From: Actinopolymorphaceae bacterium
GTDB taxonomy: Bacteria > Actinomycetota > Actinomycetes > Propionibacteriales > DAIQRJ01
Direction: 5' to 3'
DNA: 64,000 bases
Assembly (NCBI GenBank): GCA_036786375.1
Contig: DAIQRJ010000016.1
Span: 3,965 to 67,964, forward strand
The translations under genes and the position numbers were made by a program. This document shows positions 59,031 to 64,000 of the stretch, one piece after another (within the stretch, counting starts at the first letter, position 1; each line of letters opens with the position of its first letter). Below the pieces are notes generated by a model. The model was given only the letters and a program-made list of their open reading frames with translations, was not told the origin of the DNA and searched no databases.

Positions 59031-59128
59031 CTCGAGCCTCCGGCGGACTACCCATGATCAGCACCGCGTCCTTCACCCCATCCGCTCCGACCAGATTTCC
59101 CGCGCCTCGTCACAAGGAGGTGACACCG

Positions 59129-59407
59129 ATGTACCTCAACACTCTCGAGCGTCCTCGCGTCGTCGAGCTCTACGACCAGCTGCCCTGTCGAGTCAGCCCG
59201 GAGTTGTTCTTCGCCGAGTCGCCGCGCGACGTCGAGACAGCCAAGGCCATGTGCCTCGATTGCCCGCTCCGCCAGACCTGCCTCGAGGGCGCGCTCGCGC
59301 GCCGCGAACCGTGGGGCGTCTGGGGCGGCGAGCTGTTCGTCGCCGGCGTCGTCGTCGCACGCAAGCGGCCCCGTGGCCGTCCCCGCAAGGACGCCGCGGT
59401 CGCATGA
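59129..59407 (+). CDS. whiB7: WhiB family transcriptional regulator WhiB7 (Fe-S, C-terminal AT-hook)
   Basis: MYLNTLERPRVVELYDQLPCRVSPELFFAESPRDVETAKAMCLDCPLRQTCLEGALARREPWGVWGGELFVAGVVVARKRPRGRPRKDAAVA. Four Cys, EPWGVWGG, RGRPRK AT-hook. AAGGAGG 8 nt upstream. Next to uvrD2 as in mycobacteria. Confidence 0.9.
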   Translation: MYLNTLERPRVVELYDQLPCRVSPELFFAESPRDVETAKAMCLDCPLRQTCLEGALARREPWGVWGGELFVAGVVVARKRPRGRPRKDAAVA

Positions 59408-59484
59408 GCCTCGACCCGCGCATGGACCACACGCCGGCATGACCGTCGTCACCATCACCCCGTTGCGACCTGTAGGAGTCCCTG

Positions 59485-59643
59485 ATGTATCTCATCCAGC
59501 ACGACCTCGCACGTGCCCATATCGACAGCCGGCTGGCAGAGTCTCGCCAGCGGGCCCGGGCAGCCAAGGCGCGTCGAGTGATCGCCACCTCCCGTCGCGC
59601 AGCCGCCGACAGGGCCGCACAGAACCCCTCGCGTATCTGGTAG
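59485..59643 (+). CDS. candidate small protein (52 aa, Arg/Ala-rich helical)
   Basis: Not in the track. AGGAG (59474-59478) 6 nt before ATG 59485. MYLIQHDLARAHIDSRLAESRQRARAAKARRVIATSRRAAADRAAQNPSRIW, TAG 59641-59643. A perfect hairpin follows directly. Confidence 0.4.
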   Translation: MYLIQHDLARAHIDSRLAESRQRARAAKARRVIATSRRAAADRAAQNPSRIW

Positions 59644-59653
59644 GGGTAGTGCA

Positions 59654-59693
59654 CATCAGGCCCGGACACTCAGCCGATTGTCCGGGCCTGATG
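59654..59693. terminator. perfect 15-bp stem-loop between convergent genes
   Basis: catcaggcccggaca (59654-59668), loop ctcagccgat, tgtccgggcctgatg (59679-59693). Confidence 0.6.
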
Positions 59694-59709
59694 CATGTCC
59701 GGGCGACGT

Positions 59710-60786
59710 TTACGGATCGGTCGGGTCGGGTGGGTCGTCCGGCCGGGCCAGGCTCTCCCACGTACACCCGCACTGTCGGTGCGGCAGCCAGGACCGGCGC
59801 CGGATCGTCGCGTCGGGAAGACCGGCCGAGAGCGTCCCGTTGATCGACGGCGGTTCGCCGCCGTCGAGGTAGCTGAGCACGTGCAGCACCGCCAGGCTGG
59901 CGACCAGCGTCGAGAGGTTCACCTCGACGGAGTCCGCGCAGGCCGCCGAGTTCGCCTGCGCGAGGAGCGCCGGCCAGCCCGGGTCGAGGTCGGTGCGATG
60001 CAGGTCGAGACAGTGCAGGCAGGCGGTCGAGCCCGGGATGACGAAGGGTCCGACGACCCCGACCGTCTCCCGCACACCGACCACCAGGTGGGGGATCCCG
60101 TCACGCACCAGTTCGATCGCCGCGGCGCGGTCCGGCTCGTCGTCGGCGGCGATGACGACGAGATCGGGACGATGCGTGGTCCGCTGGGTCAGCCGGGTCG
60201 ACGGTGCGAGCTCGGTCAGCACCCGCCGCATCCCGACCGTGCGGGGATGACCGACGTCGACCGCGCGCAGACCGGCCGGCCCGATGTCGGTCCCGACGGC
60301 CGGCCGTTGGTCGGTCAGGACGAGATGCCCGACCCCGGAGCCGGCCAGCAGCGTCGCCACCGCGGAGCCGACGCGGTTGCTGCTCGTAACCCGCACCGTG
60401 GCGTTGCGCCGGACCCGCAGGGCGCGCAGGCCGGTGCCCGGTTCGGTGCTGATCAGGGCGCGGGCGGCCAGGTCGGGCGCGAGCCGTTCACGTTCGATCG
60501 GGGTGAGCGACCGCAGCGGCCCGGCGTCGGCGTCCGCGTCGTCGAGAACACCCGCGTCGGCGAGGACCTTGAGGACGTTCGCGGCGGTGTCGCCGTCGAC
60601 CCCGTCGGCCTCGGCACGCGCGAGCGTGTCCTGCAGGTCGGTCGCGCCGGTGAGGGTGTCGATGAACCTGGCGACCGGAGGCTCGAGATCGGTGACGACG
60701 ACGGCGCGGTCGGGATCCAGGCCGAACTGCAGGGTTGCGTCGTCACGCCAGACGCGCCGGAGCCCGGGCTTGAGATACGGCCGCAC
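59710..60786 (-). CDS. ThiF/E1-like family protein with a degenerate nucleotide-binding loop
   Basis: ...ATVRVTSSNRVGSAVATLLAGSGVGHLVLTD... aligns to MoeZ ...[31 protein letters not shown]... but the GxGGxG loop reads SSNRVG. Retains CLHC and CGC cysteine pairs. GGAGG 5 nt before GTG 60786. Confidence 0.75.
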   Translation of the reverse strand: MRPYLKPGLRRVWRDDATLQFGLDPDRAVVVTDLEPPVARFIDTLTGATDLQDTLARAEADGVDGDTAANVLKVLADAGVLDDADADAGPLRSLTPIERERLAPDLAARALISTEPGTGLRALRVRRNATVRVTSSNRVGSAVATLLAGSGVGHLVLTDQRPAVGTDIGPAGLRAVDVGHPRTVGMRRVLTELAPSTRLTQRTTHRPDLVVIAADDEPDRAAAIELVRDGIPHLVVGVRETVGVVGPFVIPGSTACLHCLDLHRTDLDPGWPALLAQANSAACADSVEVNLSTLVASLAVLHVLSYLDGGEPPSINGTLSAGLPDATIRRRSWLPHRQCGCTWESLARPDDPPDPTDP

Positions 60787-60907
60787 CCGTGCCTCCGTCC
60801 GGCCCGCGTCGACACTGCCGGAACGCGGCGTCGAGAGGCTGTGAGGCTGTCAGGTTCGACGGCGGCGCACCTTGGCCTGTCCACAGGGCACCCGGGACCC
60901 GGAGCTG

Positions 60908-60931
60908 GTGGACATGGGAGTGGACATGGGA
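60908..60931. repeat. tandem 12-nt duplication (gtggacatggga x2) in the intergenic region upstream of the ThiF-like gene
   Basis: gtggacatggga at 60908-60919 and 60920-60931. Inverted partner TGTCCAC at 60878-60884. A second tandem, gaggctgt x2, lies at 60835-60850. Confidence 0.7.
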
Positions 60932-60932
60932 A

Positions 60933-60967
60933 GAGGGCGTCGCGGGCCGGTCGGCCGCGACGCCCTC
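60933..60967 (-). terminator. GC-rich hairpin downstream of the DUF5679 gene
   Basis: gagggcgtcgcgg...ccgcgacgccctc (13-bp arms) starting 21 nt after the minus-strand stop at 60988. The downstream tract is pyrimidine-rich, not a clean U-tract. Confidence 0.45.
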
Positions 60968-60987
60968 CTGCCGATGCTTCGGGTGGA

Positions 60988-61146
60988 TCAGGCCTTGCCG
61001 AGAATGCGGTTGAGGTTCGTGCCGCAGACGGGGCACTTGCCCTTCGCCATGCGGGTGCCCTTCTCGTTGACCTTGATCTCGCCAGTCGCCTCGCGCTTGG
61101 CCTTGCACTTCACGCAGTAGAACTCACCGGTGTATTCGTCGGCCAT
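60988..61146 (-). CDS. DUF5679 domain-containing zinc-ribbon protein (52 aa, Lys-rich)
   Basis: Only the extended track ORF 60988..61290 lists it. ATG 61146 with GGAGG 5 nt upstream. MADEYTGEFYCVKCKAKREATGEIKVNEKGTRMAKGKCPVCGTNLNRILGKA (CxxC...CxxC). Confidence 0.8.
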   Translation of the reverse strand: MADEYTGEFYCVKCKAKREATGEIKVNEKGTRMAKGKCPVCGTNLNRILGKA

Positions 61147-61321
61147 GAGGCCCTCCTCGTGCTCAGGTCGGAATGAGGTAGAGGGTCCTTGATCCGGACC
61201 CGGCTGCGCCACCATACGCCAGCGTGCGCTCATGGAGCGGGAGCCGCGCGCGAACGTGTCGGCTCGCGCGGCGTGGCATTCCACGCTCACGGCACGGCGA
61301 TATCGACCGAACCTCGGTCGG

Positions 61322-61400
61322 GAGCAACGAAAGACCCCCGAGGGGCCGGGTCGTGTCTGCCTTCCCCTGCGAACCCGACCGGCCTCCGCTCGGGGGCTGT
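61322..61400 (-). ncRNA. candidate ~80-nt sRNA or leader attenuator (promoter-proximal hairpin plus U-rich tail)
   Basis: Minus strand: CCCCCGAG (61396-61389) pairs with CUCGGGGG (61342-61335), enclosing a GGCCGG/CCGGCC+UCG/CGA stem and a 22-nt G-rich loop. UCUUUCGUU follows (61334-61326). Structure by eye only. Confidence 0.3.
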
Positions 61401-61406
61401 GAGGTG

Positions 61407-61435
61407 AAGGTACGACTGGCGAACCGCCGCGTCAA
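61407..61435 (-). promoter_or_regulatory. sigma-70-type promoter candidate on the minus strand
   Basis: Minus strand reads TTGACG (61435-61430), 17 nt, TACCTT (61412-61407). Predicted TSS near 61400, immediately before the hairpin. Confidence 0.35.
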
Positions 61436-61485
61436 TCCCCGCCGGCGTGGCAGATTCTGTCGTTGCCTGTTGGTAGGAATGTCGC

Positions 61486-62028
61486 ATGGACGAACCCACG
61501 GTCGAGATCCGCCGCAGCACCCGGCGGCGGCGCACGGTGTCGGCCTACCGTCGTGGCGACACCGTCGTGGTGCTGATGCCGGCCGGGCTGTCCGCGGCGC
61601 AGGAACGCAAGCACGTCGACGCTCTGCTGGCCCGGCTGGCGAACAGCCGGAGCCGCAACCGGCGCACCGCCGAGGCGCTGGCCGAGCGGGCCGAGTCCCT
61701 GCGCCGGCGGTACCTGCCGGAGGCGCCCGAGCCGAGCAGCATCCGGTTCGTCGAGAACCAGGTGCGGCGATGGGGGTCCTGCACAGTGCTCGACCGGTCG
61801 ATCCGGCTCACCTCGCGGCTGGTCGGGATGCCGGGGTGGGTGCTCGACTACGTGATCGTTCACGAACTCGCGCACTTGCTCGAGGTCGACCACAACGCCC
61901 GTTTCGACGACCTTGTTGCCCGCTACCCGCGTACCGAGCGCGCGATCGGCTTCCTCGACGGTTACGACGTCGGCGCGGCCGCGGCCACCGGCGGATCCAC
62001 CGGATCGGGTGCCGCCGGCGTCGACTGA
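61486..62028 (+). CDS. M48-family / DUF45 (YgjP-like) zinc metallopeptidase
   Basis: ...RWGSCTVLDRSIRLTSRLVGMPGWVLDYVIVHELAHLLEVDHNARF... (HExxH). Confidence 0.8.
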   Translation: MDEPTVEIRRSTRRRRTVSAYRRGDTVVVLMPAGLSAAQERKHVDALLARLANSRSRNRRTAEALAERAESLRRRYLPEAPEPSSIRFVENQVRRWGSCTVLDRSIRLTSRLVGMPGWVLDYVIVHELAHLLEVDHNARFDDLVARYPRTERAIGFLDGYDVGAAAATGGSTGSGAAGVD

Positions 62029-62029
62029 C

Positions 62030-62671
62030 TCAGCCGAGCGGTTCCTCCCGCGGTGAAATGGGCCAATCCGGCGGGAACTCCGAGGCGTACCGCTCGGCCT
62101 GCTTGTGCAGCTTGCGGCGCAGCCGGCCGGGCACGTGGTCGGCGAACACGACGCCGCGCAGGTGGTCCGACTCGTGCTGCAGGCAGCGAGCCATCAGGCC
62201 GGTGCCGTGATAGCCGACGGGCGCGCCGGTGTGGTCGACGCCGGACACACTCGCGATGAGCGCACGCTTGCACGGCACGAACGCGCCCGGCAGGGACAGG
62301 CAGCCCTCGCTGTCGGAGATCCAGGCCTGACCGGCCGAGTCCGGGTCATCGGGGTCGGGCACCGAGAGCACCGGGTTGCAGACGACGCCCACGGCGCCGG
62401 CCGGCTCGCCCGGTCCGCGCAGGTCGAACACGAACATCGCGAGGTCCGCGCCGACCTGGTCGGCGGCCAGCCCGACGCCGTCGGCGGCGTCCATCGTCAC
62501 GAACATGTCGGCCGCGAGTGCGGCCAGGTCGGCATCGAACGTCGTCACCGGCGCGAGCGGGCGATGCATGATCGGCGCACCCCAGTGCACCATCGGCCGA
62601 ATCGTGCCGATGGGGAGGCCAAGCGCGTCGCGTGCGTCGACCAGGTCCGGGTCTGCAGGCATATCGGTCAT
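62030..62671 (-). CDS. def: peptide deformylase
   Basis: GVGLAADQVG (motif 1), EGCLS (motif 2), QHESDH (motif 3). ATG 62671 inside track ORF 62030..62890. Confidence 0.9.
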   Translation of the reverse strand: MTDMPADPDLVDARDALGLPIGTIRPMVHWGAPIMHRPLAPVTTFDADLAALAADMFVTMDAADGVGLAADQVGADLAMFVFDLRGPGEPAGAVGVVCNPVLSVPDPDDPDSAGQAWISDSEGCLSLPGAFVPCKRALIASVSGVDHTGAPVGYHGTGLMARCLQHESDHLRGVVFADHVPGRLRRKLHKQAERYASEFPPDWPISPREEPLG

Positions 62672-62682
62672 GGCCGCAGAGG

Positions 62683-63279
62683 TTAGCGAGCGGCCGCGGT
62701 TCGTGCCGGATACCGGCTCAGGGCGAGCTCGAGGACCTCGGCCACACCGTCGCCGAGCGGCTCCGGGAGCGCGTCGACGTCGAACCAGCCGAGATCGAGC
62801 GACTCGTCGCTGATCCGCTCCTGGCCACCCTCGGGCGCGGTGAGCACGTAGTAGACGTCGTAGTGGATGGTGCCCGGAGCGCGCCGGCACGGCAGGTCCT
62901 CGTGCACGACGACGGTGAGGATGCCGGGTTCCTGGGTCAGGCCCGGGATACCGCTCTCCTCGATGCCCTCGCGCAGCGACGCGGCCGCGAGGTCGGCGTC
63001 GTCGGGCTCGAGGTGACCACCAAGCTCGATCCAGCGCTTGATGCGTCCGTGCAGGGTGAGCAGGGTGCGACGCCGATCAGGCGTGAGGACCAGCGCGGTC
63101 GCGGTGACGTGGCCGGCCTGACAGGTCGCCTCGACACCATCGGGGTGATCGGCCAGGAACCTCAGCGTGCGCTGCCGGGCGAGGACCTCGTCCGGGGTCA
63201 CCGGCACGAACGCGGTCACGCGGGCGATCACGTCGTCGTGCAGCCGGTTCATGCCGCCGAGCAGGCAGACCTCGCTCAC
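62683..63279 (-). CDS. NUDIX hydrolase
   Basis: Nudix box ...GGHLEPDDADLAAASLREGIEESGI... Start is GTG 63279 (GTGA overlap with the upstream stop) or ATG 63252. Confidence 0.8.
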   Translation of the reverse strand: MSEVCLLGGMNRLHDDVIARVTAFVPVTPDEVLARQRTLRFLADHPDGVEATCQAGHVTATALVLTPDRRRTLLTLHGRIKRWIELGGHLEPDDADLAAASLREGIEESGIPGLTQEPGILTVVVHEDLPCRRAPGTIHYDVYYVLTAPEGGQERISDESLDLGWFDVDALPEPLGDGVAEVLELALSRYPARTAAAR

Positions 63280-64000
63280 GACGAGGCGGGCCCGTTCTGC
63301 TGGTCGTCCGGCTCGTCGCCGTCGCCGTCGCGATCCCGGCGCTCGTCGTCGAGCCGCTCCTCGTCGGTGCGCGGCCGGGTCAGCTCGTCGAGGGCGGAGA
63401 AGTCGGGTTCGGGTGCCATGAAGGAGGCGACGAACGCGTCGGGGTCGTCGAGGTCGGCCGACCCGGGCAGGAAGTCCGGGTGCGACCACACGCGGTCGCG
63501 GGTCGCCTCGCCGCCGGCTTCGCGCAGCTTCGCCCACAGCGCGGCGGCATCGCGCACCCGGCGAGGCCGCAGCTCGAGCCCGGCGATCTCGGCGAACACC
63601 TGCTCGGCGGGGCCGCCGGTGGCACGACGCCGCCGCAGCGCCTCCTGCAGGGCGGGCTCGGCGGGCAGCCGGCCGGCGGCGGCACCGGTCACGACGTCGT
63701 CCACCCAGCCGATCACCAGCGCGAGAACGGTCTCGAGCTGGTTCTCCCGCGCGTGTTGCTCGGGGGTGTCGGTCGACTCCTCCATCCGGGCCGCGATGGT
63801 CTGCATGGCTTCTTCGGGGTTGTTCGGGTCGATCGAGCCCATCAGCTCGCTCAGGTTGCCGAGCTTCGGCGTCGACCCGGCAGCCGCGGAGGTGAGCACC
63901 GAGCTGATCGTCGAGGTGAGCCAGGGCGTGGACGCGAACAGCCGCGCGTGTGCCGACTCGCGCAACGCCAGGTAGAGCCGCACCTCGTCGAACGGCCGCT
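63276..64000 (-). CDS. zinc-dependent metalloprotease family protein (DUF2342/TIGR03624-like; Rv3195-like), 5' end outside the window
   Basis: Frame stays open to the window edge (...FDEVRLYLALRESAHARLF...). C-terminal acidic tail. Family assignment from memory of the EVRLW.ALHE-type block. Confidence 0.65.
   Translation of the reverse strand, partial: RPFDEVRLYLALRESAHARLFASTPWLTSTISSVLTSAAAGSTPKLGNLSELMGSIDPNNPEEAMQTIAARMEESTDTPEQHARENQLETVLALVIGWVDDVVTGAAAGRLPAEPALQEALRRRRATGGPAEQVFAEIAGLELRPRRVRDAAALWAKLREAGGEATRDRVWSHPDFLPGSADLDDPDAFVASFMAPEPDFSALDELTRPRTDEERLDDERRDRDGDGDEPDDQQNGPASS

Noticed and set aside
59015-59128. N-terminally extended WhiB7 (track ORF start 59015, or in-frame ATG 59054)
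   Set aside because: The extension overlaps the terminator T-tract and has no RBS. ATG 59129 has AAGGAGG at ideal spacing and aligns with the N-terminus of mycobacterial WhiB7 as I recall it.
61335-61396. Identification of the C/G-rich hairpin as 6C RNA
   Set aside because: 6C RNA has two stem-loops with C-rich loops and a different genomic context. Here there is one interrupted stem, and the loop is C-rich only on the strand that lacks a terminator tail. There is no basis for that assignment.
61163-61435. ORFs of 72-90 aa on both strands in the DUF5679/M48 intergenic region (61189..61407 +, 61163..61435 -)
   Set aside because: There is no RBS, the composition is Arg/Ser/Gly-rich, and the ORFs overlap the hairpins described above. 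I treat the region as non-coding RNA or leader.

Overview
Very GC-rich, densely packed chromosomal segment of an actinobacterium (Actinomycetota). All calls rest on protein motifs read from the ORF track and on reading the DNA by eye. No database search or folding program was run. I recognise about 60 protein-coding genes and saw no rRNA, tRNA, CRISPR array, transposase or integrase. The left half (about 1-31 kb) has the gene order mshB, fdxA, dapC, dapD/dapE, LOG, folP, tag, DUF3117, glgA/glgC, sigE-rseA-htrA-tatB, mrp and the MgtE_N/CBS plus DUF1003 pair. I remember this order from the Mycobacterium tuberculosis Rv1170-Rv1234 region. The right half (about 34.5-64 kb) resembles the Rv3211-Rv3193c region: DEAD-box helicase, DUF3107, TetR, moeZ, an MGMT-like/ATL protein, adnA/adnB, nudC, mycoredoxin, uvrD2 and whiB7. 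Material that looks lineage-specific includes: a DUF222/HNH gene at the junction of the two halves; a stand-alone LigD polymerase gene; a DUF1800/DUF1501 pair next to a two-component system and an esterase; a GNAT-DinB fusion; and a decayed DUF664 gene. Most long ORFs in the track are antisense or out-of-frame artefacts of GC-rich DNA, and many real genes start well inside their track ORF. Three convincing genes under 60 codons are missing from the track (DUF3117, DUF5679, and an ORF after whiB7). The observations most worth a second look are: (1) the whiB7 leader with a uORF, terminator and possible antiterminator; (2) a promoter-plus-hairpin module that could be an ~80-nt sRNA or attenuator upstream of the DUF5679 zinc-ribbon gene; (3) three TGTGCACA palindromes in the response-regulator/esterase intergenic region; (4) matching TGTCGG-N10-hexamer-N6-start promoters on adnA and uvrD2; (5) an E1/ThiF-like protein with a degenerate nucleotide-binding loop. 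I found nothing I can claim as a clearly new multi-gene system. The candidates are ranked honestly below.
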